Shown in pieces: positions 1 through 9,435 of a DNA stretch of 64,000 nt (its first letter is position 1; every line of letters starts with the position of its first letter). The stretch lies in the NCBI GenBank assembly GCA_963727805.1, contig CAVSHF010000005.1:416001-480000 (forward strand), written 5' to 3'. The translations under genes and the position numbers were made by a program. Below the pieces are notes generated by a model. The model worked only from the letters and a program-made list of their open reading frames with translations. It had not been told where the DNA came from and searched no databases. This DNA is from an uncultured Nitrospiraceae bacterium (GTDB lineage: Bacteria; Nitrospirota; Thermodesulfovibrionia; Thermodesulfovibrionales; Dissulfurispiraceae).

Positions 1-114
1 ATTCTAAAAGGATTTCCATCAATTGCACCTCCGCTTTTATCAATTATTCTTTTTGTGTTCTAATGGTCCCTGCGCCTCAACTTCTTCTCTTTGAAGAAAG
101 TGAGAGGCGATTGT

Positions 115-459
115 CTACGTATTGTTCTTTTCCTTTCTGACCAGGAGTTTAGAAATTGTATAAATCACTGCTGCAGCGATGGTGACGCCTATAAGGCCCG
201 AAATCACATAGGAATACAGCTGAGTGCTCAGAGCAGCACCCTCTCCACCAAAATTGTAATCAGCTATTGGAGCTTTCCATAGATCGGCCATCTTTTTCAT
301 TCCCTCGGGAACATAACCCAGCATCTTTTCTATGGCCTCTGTTCCCCACTCACCCCATGCTTCTTCAGTATTAAATAGTTTGGGAAGGTACACACCGAGC
401 GGCGAAAGGAATGCCATTACCAGAAGTCCAATCCATAGCTTTTTTTGAGATTTTGTCAT
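115..459 (-). CDS. ECF Ni/Co transporter accessory membrane protein (NikN-like, PDGLE-type)
   Basis: 114 aa with two hydrophobic segments and AWGEWG...APIADY motif; directly downstream of the CbiM/NikM gene. Confidence 0.75.
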   Translation of the reverse strand: MTKSQKKLWIGLLVMAFLSPLGVYLPKLFNTEEAWGEWGTEAIEKMLGYVPEGMKKMADLWKAPIADYNFGGEGAALSTQLYSYVISGLIGVTIAAAVIYTISKLLVRKEKNNT

Positions 460-460
460 A

Positions 461-1141
461 TCAGACCTCCTTGACTGTAGAGACTAACTCAGATTCATTC
501 TTCATGAAATACTTGAGTAGCATCGCAGTGACCAGACCTTCCATAATACCGAATATGGCGATATGCTCTATCGCCATGGCAGGAACCGCAATTGATAAGG
601 GGTAAGGAGCGTACAGGGGAACACCATCCGGTCCTGCAGCTATAAGTGGCTGAATACCGAATTCAAATCCGGCAAGGATGGCGGCAACCGAGAGTCCTAT
701 ATGGCCTGCAAAGAACGCGGCCAGATAGAATCTCACCCCAGCTTTTGCTTTGCCTTTGATCAGTTTGAATATCCAGTAAGAGACAAAAGGCATCACCACT
801 GCCATGTTGAAACAGTTAGCACCGATGGCGGTAATACCCCCATCCCCAAAGATGATCGCCTGGATGATCAGCACCACCGATACAGCAAGCACGGCGGCCC
901 ATGGTCCGAGCACGATGGCGATGATCCCAGCTCCGACCGCATGACCAGTAGTGCCTCCCGGAACTGGGATGTTAAACATCATGATCAGAAAAGAGAAGGC
1001 GGCAGCCATGGCCAGATAAGGAATGTGCTTATGCGAAAGCTCTTTCTTGATTTTCTTGAGGGCAACTGTCCAGAAAGCAATCGACACCCCATACAACGGG
1101 ATATAGGTTTGAGGGCTTAAATATCCATCGGGTATATGCAT
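461..1141 (-). CDS. cbiM: ECF transporter substrate-binding component, CbiM/NikM family
   Basis: N-terminal metal-binding MHIPDGYL (NikM-type rather than MHIMEG), GTTGH and GDGGITA motifs, multiple TM helices. Confidence 0.9.
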   Translation of the reverse strand: MHIPDGYLSPQTYIPLYGVSIAFWTVALKKIKKELSHKHIPYLAMAAAFSFLIMMFNIPVPGGTTGHAVGAGIIAIVLGPWAAVLAVSVVLIIQAIIFGDGGITAIGANCFNMAVVMPFVSYWIFKLIKGKAKAGVRFYLAAFFAGHIGLSVAAILAGFEFGIQPLIAAGPDGVPLYAPYPLSIAVPAMAIEHIAIFGIMEGLVTAMLLKYFMKNESELVSTVKEV

Positions 1142-1152
1142 TTTATCCTCCT

Positions 1153-1365
1153 CTAAAATCTGAATATAAGGCCTGCAAGGCCTGTATTGTTCACTTCGGG
1201 TTTTGTCAGTCCACGTTCATATCCGGCATCTACGTCGATATTTTCAGTGATTGAATAAATAAGCATGACCAGCCACCTCTCAACCGCGATAGCGGTTGAG
1301 GCAAAGCTCAGACAGATCAGTAACCCGACAACACCGTAATCAACCAGTATTTTCAACCATTCCAT
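1153..1365 (-). pseudogene. Chimeric remnant: ExbB/MotA-like N-terminus joined to the C-terminus of an outer-membrane beta-barrel
   Basis: MEWLKILVDYGVVGLLICLSFASTAIAVERW resembles the first TM of ExbB; ...DVDAGYERGL...LAGLIFRF ends like a barrel (terminal F); only 70 aa. Confidence 0.55.
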
Positions 1366-1367
1366 AT

Positions 1368-2072
1368 TTATGCCTTTCCGTAATTCCACCAGTACATACT
1401 TACAAGGGCATTGTCTTTCATCCACAGATGATCTTCCTCATATATAAGCCGATCACTCAAGCCGAGCTCCTCTTGGCACAACAGTGGACGTCCTTTTTTG
1501 TAATTATTGTATTCTACTGCTTCACCAAACGAATGGTATGCAAAGGAGCTTTCGATTTCGTATGATTTAGCAAATATAAGATCGTAGCTGTCATGCGGCC
1601 ACTTCACTTCGATTTCGGGACATTGCTCGGTTATCACAAATACATTTTTGGGTTTCGCTTTAAAGACCTGCTCCAATGAATGATTGAAGCCTTGTCCTGT
1701 CAGGTGAAGACTGTTGCAAGCCATTATCAAATCATAATTCGCAAGATGGTGCAGCGGTGCGTCTTCCAATTTCATTTCGCTGACGCTAATCCAGTCAATC
1801 CCTCTGTTGAAAGCTTCTTCGTAGAGAAGGCTTCTCATTCCAATGGAAGGTTCCATAGCGGTAACATCGCACCCAATGGCACATAGAGGAAGAGACAAAA
1901 TACCGCTGCCAGCTCCTATATCCAACACTCTCCATCCGGGCGATACCATTGTGGTCAGGGCATGGATAATCCTGTCGTGATAGTCGTTGTGTTCCATCCA
2001 GAGCTTGTACCAGGGAGCATAACCGTCCCAGAAAGAAACGCATGCAGCTTTTTTGCAGATTGTCTTTGCCAT
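1368..2072 (-). CDS. Class I SAM-dependent methyltransferase
   Basis: VLDIGAGSG motif I; VTAMEPS; YDLIMA. Confidence 0.85.
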   Translation of the reverse strand: MAKTICKKAACVSFWDGYAPWYKLWMEHNDYHDRIIHALTTMVSPGWRVLDIGAGSGILSLPLCAIGCDVTAMEPSIGMRSLLYEEAFNRGIDWISVSEMKLEDAPLHHLANYDLIMACNSLHLTGQGFNHSLEQVFKAKPKNVFVITEQCPEIEVKWPHDSYDLIFAKSYEIESSFAYHSFGEAVEYNNYKKGRPLLCQEELGLSDRLIYEEDHLWMKDNALVSMYWWNYGKA

Positions 2073-2150
2073 GCATCCTCCTGTCGGAATATATCTCCTT
2101 CTTGGAGGATCAAGCCTTCAAGGCTCGATGGTTCGATAAGGAAGGTCAAT

Positions 2151-2198
2151 AAAAAAGCCATGAATGACGCACCTTCGTGGCGCATGCCTTCACGGCTT
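2151..2198 (-). terminator. Intrinsic terminator/attenuator-like hairpin in the leader of the methyltransferase-nikMN operon
   Basis: Minus strand AAGCCGTGAA..TGCGCC-ACGAA-GGTGCG..TTCATGGCTT followed by a T run. Confidence 0.55.
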
Positions 2199-2249
2199 AA
2201 TTCACAATGCAATAAATAAAACTAACCACGGACTTCTTATCCGTGATTC

Positions 2250-2279
2250 ATACTATCTCAAAGCATAATATCTTGTCAA
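2250..2279 (-). promoter_or_regulatory. Putative sigma70 promoter
   Basis: TTGACA-18 nt-TAGTAT on the minus strand. Confidence 0.45.
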
Positions 2280-2660
2280 CGGTCAGCGGATAATATTGCT
2301 TTTTTGCCTACAGACTTAGCTACCAGAAAATCTCGAGCACTCGGCGAAAAAAAACAGCCAGAAAGAATCGCCCACAGCATTCGTTACTTAGCGGGTGTGA
2401 GTGCCGCCCCCTGTACATTTCAAGTTGAAACCGCGATAGTTCAAGGCAAGTTGTCTAGTGTTGACTCCTGTGAGTAGGACTAAACCGCTGCGCGGTGGAT
2501 TCGATTAGCAAGGGCCTATCAGTAGTAGTACCATCTTTTTCGAATAGCCACTTTTGCCTGATCACATTTCTTTGTTGAACCATCGAAGTCTTTTTACAAT
2601 CTCTCTTTGCTGTGCTGCCGGCATGAGCTGGCAGAAAACAGTTTCAAAGGAGATTGTATT

Positions 2661-3506
2661 ATGAGCGCGTTGAAAGAACGGTTGCTGCAGGATCTTCAGT
2701 TGAAGGGCATTACGCTTGGTGTCCAAAGGAAATATCTCCGGGAAGTCGGTAACCTTGAGAATTATTTCGGCAAGTCTCCTGAAGAACTGAGTACAGAGGA
2801 AGTGAAGCAGTATCTGGTTCATCTTATGGAAGAAAGGGGTTTAACGAGGGGGACATACAGAACCTATGTGGCCGGGATCAAGTTCCTTTATAATACGACC
2901 CTGAATCGTGCGGATGTAGTCAATAATATTCAATATCCGAAAGCCCAGAAGAAGCTGCCTCTCGTTTTGGATTTGTCCGAAGTCCAGGCGATTTTCTCAG
3001 TCACTGAAAACATCAAGCACAAGGCGCTTCTGATGATCACCTATTCTGCCGGGTTGAGAATAAGTGAAGCTGCGCGACTGAAGGTGACAGATATCGACAG
3101 CAAGAGTATGCTGGTTTATGTCCGTCTTGGAAAAGGGGCAAAGGACCGTTACTCCATCTTATCGCAGACTGCCCTTGAGTGCTTAAGACAGTATTGGAGG
3201 GAATATCGCCCGGAGGAGTGGTTATTTGAAGGCGAGAAGGACAACACCCATATCACTATAAGCTCCATCTACCAGATATTCCAAAAATCCAAGAAACGCG
3301 CCGGCATCGCAAAGAATGCTTGCGTGCATACTCTGAGGCATAGTTTTGCGACACACCTTATCGAGGCGGGGACTAGTCTTCATCATGTCCAACTGCTTCT
3401 TGGGCACAGGTCACCGACGACCACGACCGTTTATCTTCATGTCAGCAAGATGAATCTGGCAAAAGTTGTCAGTCCGCTGGACATAGCAACTAAAAAATAT
3501 CTGTAG
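2661..3506 (+). CDS. Tyrosine recombinase/integrase
   Basis: GLRISE, HTLRHSFATHL, LLGH and TTTVY catalytic motifs; start placed at the ATG after AAGGAG. Confidence 0.92.
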   Translation: MSALKERLLQDLQLKGITLGVQRKYLREVGNLENYFGKSPEELSTEEVKQYLVHLMEERGLTRGTYRTYVAGIKFLYNTTLNRADVVNNIQYPKAQKKLPLVLDLSEVQAIFSVTENIKHKALLMITYSAGLRISEAARLKVTDIDSKSMLVYVRLGKGAKDRYSILSQTALECLRQYWREYRPEEWLFEGEKDNTHITISSIYQIFQKSKKRAGIAKNACVHTLRHSFATHLIEAGTSLHHVQLLLGHRSPTTTTVYLHVSKMNLAKVVSPLDIATKKYL

Positions 3507-3527
3507 CACTCTGAGCCGTAAATCCAG

Positions 3528-4724
3528 ATGCGCCAGTCTCGTGGTGTGGAGGTGGCGGATATCTTACGCCGCTACGGCTCCGATTATCGGCAGTCTCATT
3601 CCTTGCCTCTTCGTCATCTGCGGGCCATGCACGCCGTGGAGATATGCAGGACGGCAGCACTCGGAGGCCATAGGGACAAGTGCGAGGATTGCGGCCACGT
3701 CGAGATATCCTACAACTCCTGCCGGAACAGGCACTGTCCCAAATGCCAGACCCTGAAAAAAGAACAGTGGATTGAGGCCAGACAACAGGACCTTTTGCCC
3801 ATCCAGTACTTCCATGTAGTTTTCACTATCCCGTCGGAACTCAATCCGGTTGTCATAATGAATCAGAAGGTCATGTATGATCTGCTGTTCCGTTGTGTCT
3901 CCGAAACTCTCACCGAACTCTCAAATGACCAGAAGCATCTCGGTGCCCGCATCGGCTTCATCAGCATCCTTCATACCTGGGGGCAGAATCTGATGGACCA
4001 TCCCCATATCCACTGTGTCGTCACCGGAGGCGGCCTGTCTTGCGACGGAGACAGTTGGGTATCCTGCCGCAAAGGCTTCTTCATTCCGGTCAGGGTAATG
4101 TCGGCGTTGTTCCGGGGAAAGTTCCTCGATCATCTGAAAAGGATCTTTGAAGCGGGTGATCTTATCTTTCCCGGAGGAATAAGTCATCTCGGCGATTCCC
4201 ATACCTTCGAGATGCTCAGAAGAAAGCTTTATCACAAGAAGTGGGTTGTCTACTGCAAACCGCCCTTCGACGGAGTTGGCGGCGTCCTGCAATATCTCGG
4301 CCGATATACGCACAGGATCGCCATCAGCAACAATCGTATAATCGAGGCCGAAAACGGCAAGGTCTCGTTCAAATGGCGTGATTACGCAGATGACGATAAG
4401 CACAAGGTGATGACTCTGCAGGCCGATGAGTTCATCAGAAGATTCCTTCTGCATGTACTGCCGAATCGATACGTTCGGATAAGGCACTTCGGCCTGCTGG
4501 CAAACAGGAAACGTAGAGATAACATTGCTGCATGCCGCGAGCTTCTTGACAGTCACAACACCGTAATGAAAGAGCAGGACAAGCCTGAGACCTGGCAGGA
4601 ACAGCTGCTAAGGATCTGCGGCATTGACGTCACCACCTGCCCCGTTTGCAAAAAAGGCAAGATGCGCCGAATTGAGATTCTGCCTCCCCGCCGCTGCAAC
4701 GATCCTCCGGAGCAATGCCGATGA
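3528..4724 (+). CDS. IS91-family rolling-circle (Y2 HUH) transposase
   Basis: Zn-binding N-terminus (CEDC, SCRNRHCPKC), HPHIH HUH motif, YLGRY two-tyrosine motif. Confidence 0.93.
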   Translation: MRQSRGVEVADILRRYGSDYRQSHSLPLRHLRAMHAVEICRTAALGGHRDKCEDCGHVEISYNSCRNRHCPKCQTLKKEQWIEARQQDLLPIQYFHVVFTIPSELNPVVIMNQKVMYDLLFRCVSETLTELSNDQKHLGARIGFISILHTWGQNLMDHPHIHCVVTGGGLSCDGDSWVSCRKGFFIPVRVMSALFRGKFLDHLKRIFEAGDLIFPGGISHLGDSHTFEMLRRKLYHKKWVVYCKPPFDGVGGVLQYLGRYTHRIAISNNRIIEAENGKVSFKWRDYADDDKHKVMTLQADEFIRRFLLHVLPNRYVRIRHFGLLANRKRRDNIAACRELLDSHNTVMKEQDKPETWQEQLLRICGIDVTTCPVCKKGKMRRIEILPPRRCNDPPEQCR

Positions 4725-4991
4725 AAACCGTGGTCGTTTCAAAAATCGCCTCAATATCGCCCCGCGAAAAAAACATCTCTTTTCGCAACACGGTCTTGTT
4801 GTCCGAAAACGCCACTTTCGGCCCTTGCACATCATCGCAAAGGTCAAACAGGGGCATTAAAGACGCTGCCTATCAGCCTTGTTCAGCAAGACTTGCTCCT
4901 ATATATCCTAAAAGATGCCACTGCCGATAGTATAAGGAAGGATAATCTTCGATTGAATTGACATATCCGCACAGCGGCTTAGTCCTTCACA

Positions 4992-5022
4992 CGTCAATCC
5001 GCAACTTCGCAGCGGATTGACG
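4992..5022 (+). other. Subterminal 11-bp hairpin at the right (probable ori) end of the IS91-like element
   Basis: CGTCAATCCGC-9 nt-GCGGATTGACG; also present at 20354-20384. Confidence 0.7.
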
Positions 5023-5364
5023 CTTATTCGCACCTAATGTTAACAAGCCCACTGGTTCCTTTAGAAACTTGTACTGGGAATCATCAACCGGAAGAAGTCG
5101 CCCGGACTAAATATTTCTTGGTGTTATTGAGAATTGATCACTGATCAATTCCGTTTGAAACAAAGCATCTTCACCGTGTCAGCGGGTGTCTGTCAGCGGC
5201 CGCTATGATTTCATTGCAACATATTTTACTACCGAAAGCCTTTGCAGAGTGCCCCGCGGCTTGCCGCGTGGGATGAATGCATGCCTTGCCTAGAGGGTTA
5301 TAAGGGAGACAGGGAGTCTCCCTTATCCGCTAAGGCCCTTGCGTAGTGTGGTATAACATATGGT

Positions 5365-5793
5365 ATGGCACTCAAAAGGGCGAGTCATGTGGTCTACGAC
5401 ACGACATACCACCTGGTATGGTGTCCGAAACGACGCAAGACAATATTTCAGGATGCTGAACTTAGGCAACGAGCGGAACAGCTCTTTCGTGAAATCAGCG
5501 ACGAGTATGAATTTGAGATACAGGAGATGGAAGTCGGAGTAGACCACGTTCATATACTGATGTCGTTTCATCCGAAGTATTCAATTGGGCAAGTTGTTAG
5601 GGCACTGAAAAGTATAAGCGCAAGGGAGCTGTTTCGTGAGTTCCCTCGAATCAAGCAACGATTGTGGAGCGGGCAGTTGTGGGAGGATAGATATTTCGCC
5701 CGAACTGTCGGAGACCGTATGACTCGGCAAATTGTCGAAAAGTATATAAGGCATCATCGTCAAGATGAGCAAGGGCCTGCGCAGCTCTTTTGA
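5365..5793 (+). CDS. tnpA: IS200/IS605 Y1 transposase
   Basis: YHLVWCPKRR, DHVH HUH motif, LWSGQLW, KYIRHH. Confidence 0.93.
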   Translation: MALKRASHVVYDTTYHLVWCPKRRKTIFQDAELRQRAEQLFREISDEYEFEIQEMEVGVDHVHILMSFHPKYSIGQVVRALKSISARELFREFPRIKQRLWSGQLWEDRYFARTVGDRMTRQIVEKYIRHHRQDEQGPAQLF

Positions 5794-5820
5794 GCTGCGC
5801 TCAAGATGCCCCGCGGCTTG

Positions 5821-7503
5821 CAGGCTGTCCGACAATTATCGAAATTAGAGACAAATGACGGATGCCTCGCCATCCTGAAAACATAACGGGGCTATCTGCT
5901 TTATACATAGTATCTCCAGCAAAAGCTTCCTTGGCGTATGGCAGTAGTTGCCCTCTTTCGGAGGCTTTCCTCTTCCCTTCAGGCATTCCCATATCTTTTT
6001 CAGATTTACTGCCGTACAGGCAAGGTTAAATTCCGACCTTACCGAATTAATTCCTCTCGTCAGAAATGTTCGCAATCCTTTGTTCTCCTTGATATCGCCG
6101 ATCACAGGTTCAACAATCTGTTGTCTAAGCTTATATATATATCTTGCTGCAGGCGTTTTCATTTTTTCAGTCATCGCATTGCAGTGAACTTCGTGAGGGA
6201 ACACCTTCAGAGAGCGTATGCCGTCCTTCTGTTTGGTACACAGTCGCTGATGCTCACATCCCAAGCATCTCTGACCACGATAGACTCTCACCATCTTGTC
6301 CCTCTGTCTGTCAAAATGTTCGCCCAAGAATGTTAGCGGGTGATCAGCAGGACAAATATACTCATCCCTTTGTTTATTGTATGTAAAGTTCTTCTTGTCG
6401 TATGGGTTGTTTGCCCGCGTCCCACTATTGTCAGGCATGTATGCATCTATCTTCCTGTCCGATAGAAATGCAATGTTCTCACCGCTAAAATATCCAGAAT
6501 CAAAACTCCAAATAATACTATCAGCAATTCCGCCAAGATTCTCTGTGGTTTGTATAACCTGAGGTTGCAACTGGCTGACATCTGCAGCATTCTGCCCCAC
6601 GTCACTAGCCAAAATGAACCCACCCTTATCCACTGTCACCTGAGGATTATAAGAAAGCTCTATCCTGCCTTTCTTATTTTTCATAAAACGACTATCAGGA
6701 TCTGTCGTGCTTACCTGCTTTAGCCCTTCCTCATTAACTTTGTCTTGAGCTCCTTGAAGACCTTCTCTGAGTCGACCTATAAAAACATGCCCTTCTTCTT
6801 TAGCCCTCTTAACATAGTACTGTGCAGCTTTCTGAACAAGTTTTTTGCCCTGCCGGGACAGTTGGTCGCTACCCCGTAGTTCACCGAACTGCCGATCCTC
6901 ACTCTCATCAATCTCTGCCCACTCCTGAAGCTCACCATCGACAAAGCTTCTCAGAACCGCCAACTCCTCTTTTGTTAATACTCGCCTGTTTGATGCATTT
7001 GCCTTCACTTTGGTTCCATCTGTCGACAGATGCGACAAATCCAACAATCCTTCCTCTTTGGCAAAACTAACTGTGTGCTTGAAGACTTCCTTTAGTAGAT
7101 CAGGGTTGTTCTTTCTGAAATCGCTGATAGTCCTGAAGTCAGGAGTCAGCTTCTCCGCCAAATATATATACACCACGTTCTCTCTGGCATTGCGTGCCAG
7201 TCGACGAGATGAGCGCACCCTGTCCAGAACTCCCATGATCAGCAACTTCACCAGCATTTTTGGATGATATGCCGGATGTCCGGCACCTGAATAGCGGATA
7301 TCGAAGCAACCATAATCCAGGGAGTCAACCAATCCTTCAATGAGAAAACAAATATGATCTTCGGGTATCATATCTTCTAAACTCGGCGGCAGTAGCCAGG
7401 ATTGCCCTCCATACGACTCAATGTATGCCATCGGGTGTACTCCTTGATATCGTTCTTAAATATATTCTACCACCGGATAACTTGATAATTGTCGGACAGC
7501 CTG
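5821..7503 (-). mobile_element. IS1182-family element
   Basis: Perfect 20-bp terminal IRs CAGGCTGTCCGACAATTATC; 4-bp target duplication CTTG at 5817-5820 and 7504-7507. Confidence 0.92.
5845..7431 (-). CDS. IS1182-family DDE transposase
   Basis: LLPPSLEDMIPEDH, PAYHP, PDFRTISDFR, DGTKVKANAS, TTDPDSRFM, DSGY, VEPVIGDIK. Confidence 0.92.
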   Translation of the reverse strand: MAYIESYGGQSWLLPPSLEDMIPEDHICFLIEGLVDSLDYGCFDIRYSGAGHPAYHPKMLVKLLIMGVLDRVRSSRRLARNARENVVYIYLAEKLTPDFRTISDFRKNNPDLLKEVFKHTVSFAKEEGLLDLSHLSTDGTKVKANASNRRVLTKEELAVLRSFVDGELQEWAEIDESEDRQFGELRGSDQLSRQGKKLVQKAAQYYVKRAKEEGHVFIGRLREGLQGAQDKVNEEGLKQVSTTDPDSRFMKNKKGRIELSYNPQVTVDKGGFILASDVGQNAADVSQLQPQVIQTTENLGGIADSIIWSFDSGYFSGENIAFLSDRKIDAYMPDNSGTRANNPYDKKNFTYNKQRDEYICPADHPLTFLGEHFDRQRDKMVRVYRGQRCLGCEHQRLCTKQKDGIRSLKVFPHEVHCNAMTEKMKTPAARYIYKLRQQIVEPVIGDIKENKGLRTFLTRGINSVRSEFNLACTAVNLKKIWECLKGRGKPPKEGNYCHTPRKLLLEILCIKQIAPLCFQDGEASVICL

Positions 7504-7887
7504 CTTGCCGCGTGGGAGTGTCACTACGGTATAAGAAACATTAGAAGATTCTGGGGCCAAGCAACCCTTACAACTTATTTTTCCTTTTGACACCGTTTTG
7601 TGGGTTCTGACCATTGTGCTTATTATTTTACTGAAATCAAAACCACCTGCGAGACATTCCGAACATAAGCAGCTTACATTGAATACAGCATAACTGCTAG
7701 GGAAAAAGTTAATGGTTCTCGATAAAGGCTCTAGAACCCCTGTTTGACTGTAGACCATACTGATGGAGATTTCCTTAACCTTGGGGAAAAGTTCAGACAA
7801 AAGGCCGGCATCAATTCTCTGCTGTTTCTTTTCCGCCTTTGCCGCCGCGCTTTTCACCCTGCGATTCAATATGTCTCCAACTAAGAA

Positions 7888-7911
7888 GGCTCCCTCGACT
7901 AGGAGGGAGCC
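7888..7911 (-). terminator. Hairpin downstream of the cold-shock gene
   Basis: GGCTCCCT-8 nt-AGGGAGCC. Confidence 0.55.
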
Positions 7912-7923
7912 CTTCACGGTTAA

Positions 7924-8124
7924 TTACACCTTAACAACATTGATCGCTTTCGGTCCTTTAGGCCCCTTTTCAGTATCGAATGTTACTTTGTTCCCTTCTG
8001 TAAGGCTCTTAAAACCCTCTCCTTGGATAGACGTATGATGGACAAAATAATCGATCCCGTCTTCACCAGTTATAAAACCAAATCCCTTGCTATCATTGAA
8101 CCACTTCACAGTACCATTGTTCAT
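7924..8124 (-). CDS. Cold-shock protein
   Basis: GTVKWFN, KGFGFI (RNP1), FVHH (RNP2); 66 aa. Confidence 0.95.
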   Translation of the reverse strand: MNNGTVKWFNDSKGFGFITGEDGIDYFVHHTSIQGEGFKSLTEGNKVTFDTEKGPKGPKAINVVKV

Positions 8125-8142
8125 CGGTTTCCTCTTAAAGTA

Positions 8143-8412
8143 TTACAGGGACGCTTTGAGATTTTTGCCGGCAGTAAATTTGACGGTCTTGCTAGCCTTA
8201 ATCTTAATCTCCTGTCCGGTCTTTGGGTTTCTGCCTTTTCTGGCTTTCCTTTTTGCCAAGGAGAAAGTCCCGAAGCCCACAAGTGTAAGCTTGTTATCCT
8301 TCTTTGCGGTTTTGGCGACTGCCTCGCCAAAAGACTTAATGGCTGCCTCTGCCTGAGCCTTAGAAATCCCGGCGTCCTTTGATAACTTCTCTACAAGTTC
8401 TGCTTTGTTCAT
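8143..8412 (-). CDS. hup: HU-family DNA-binding protein
   Basis: MNKAELV, GFGTF, GRNPKTG. Confidence 0.95.
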   Translation of the reverse strand: MNKAELVEKLSKDAGISKAQAEAAIKSFGEAVAKTAKKDNKLTLVGFGTFSLAKRKARKGRNPKTGQEIKIKASKTVKFTAGKNLKASL

Positions 8413-8891
8413 GTTGTTCTCCTATAAAGGTAGATGGTTGATGACAAAGAGTATACCATGAAAGATTTGTTCAGTGGTAGCAGGATTGGGTTCTACTCAT
8501 TATCATTCCTGTCAAATATCTGCCGTGAATGAAGGATTCTATCGGAAACAATTGGCAATAAAAAATAGCCCCGGCAATGCCTTCGTGCAGTAACTATCGA
8601 TTTGGGCGATTATTTACCATCGTTGATTTCTTACCTCTAACCTTGCATCGGGAAATTCTTCGACTCTTAATGCCTGTTCACAGAAAGCAATACTTGAGCT
8701 CATCATGAAAATTCCGATGAGTACTACCTGAAATATAGTCCGCTGGGTATTAATTACATCCCATACAAAACACAGTAGAAAATCTAAAAGGAGCGTTTAC
8801 TGCTCCCTATAGGCAAGGAATGCCGCATTGGAATATTGCTCCGGGGGGGAAGGATCACGAAGACCGGTTTGGCGCCGGGCGAATAAGTACA

Positions 8892-9431
8892 TCATCGATC
8901 CATTACAGACAGTAACAACCTATCAAGTCCGCTTCTATTAACCTCACCCATTATTCTGTAACGAACTACTCCTTTTCTGTCTATAATAAACGTCATCGGA
9001 ATGCCAGTCACACCGTAAAGCCGAGCCGTCGATGACACTGGATCTAGGAGTATAGGATATGTAATCTTACCTTTTGCAATATATGCCTCAGCCGTCTCCT
9101 TAGTTTGTCCCACATTAATGGAAAAAGGTGCAATTCCTTTCGCCCTGTATTCATTGTTTAGTGATTCAATCGCCTGCATCTCCTTCAGGCAGTATGGGCA
9201 TGTGCTTGCCCAAAAGTGGATGACGATAATCTTACCTTTGAAATCAGTTGGGAGTGTAATACTACCGCCTTTTATATTTTGAAGTGTGACCGCAGGTGGA
9301 GTATCTCCTGATTTGATCGTAGCAGTCGATGCATACGTATAGTTGCCTGCTGATATGACTAACAGGTGAACAACAGCAAGCATAATGAAAAACGGGACAG
9401 ATAGAAAAGCAGTTTTAAATTTGTTTCTCAT
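8892..9431 (-). CDS. TlpA/ResA-family thiol-disulfide oxidoreductase
   Basis: HFWASTCPYC, GIP, N-terminal anchor; start could be 9455. Confidence 0.88.
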   Translation of the reverse strand: MRNKFKTAFLSVPFFIMLAVVHLLVISAGNYTYASTATIKSGDTPPAVTLQNIKGGSITLPTDFKGKIIVIHFWASTCPYCLKEMQAIESLNNEYRAKGIAPFSINVGQTKETAEAYIAKGKITYPILLDPVSSTARLYGVTGIPMTFIIDRKGVVRYRIMGEVNRSGLDRLLLSVMDR

Positions 9432-9435
9432 TACC

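Larger units (their letters stand above)
2473..5030 (+). mobile_element. IS91-family element carrying a tyrosine recombinase, copy 1
   Basis: Same sequence recurs at 17835-20392 (offset 15362); boundaries taken where identity starts (AGTAGGACTAAACC) and stops (GCTTATTCG); no target duplication. Confidence 0.9.
5230..7524 (+). mobile_element. IS200/IS605-family element (tnpA only) containing a nested IS1182
   Basis: Hairpin GCCCCGCGG-CTTG-CCGCGTGGGA near both ends; left flank ends in TTAC and right end in TCAC; ends uncertain by about 3 nt because of TAC microhomology. Confidence 0.8.
5203..7869 (-). pseudogene. Small Cys-rich hypothetical gene interrupted near its 3' end by the IS200 element
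   Basis: TTG start at 7869 after GGAG; removing 5230-7524 restores the in-frame end ...SYTVVKYVAMKS-stop at 5203. Confidence 0.6.

Noticed and set aside
2661..3506. Tyrosine recombinase as an integron integrase
   Set aside because: It moves as part of the IS91-like unit; I saw no IntI-specific insertion and no attC cassette array
5793..7524. TnpB or omega RNA in the IS200/IS605 element
   Set aside because: The space after tnpA is fully explained by the IS1182 insertion; no RuvC ORF is present
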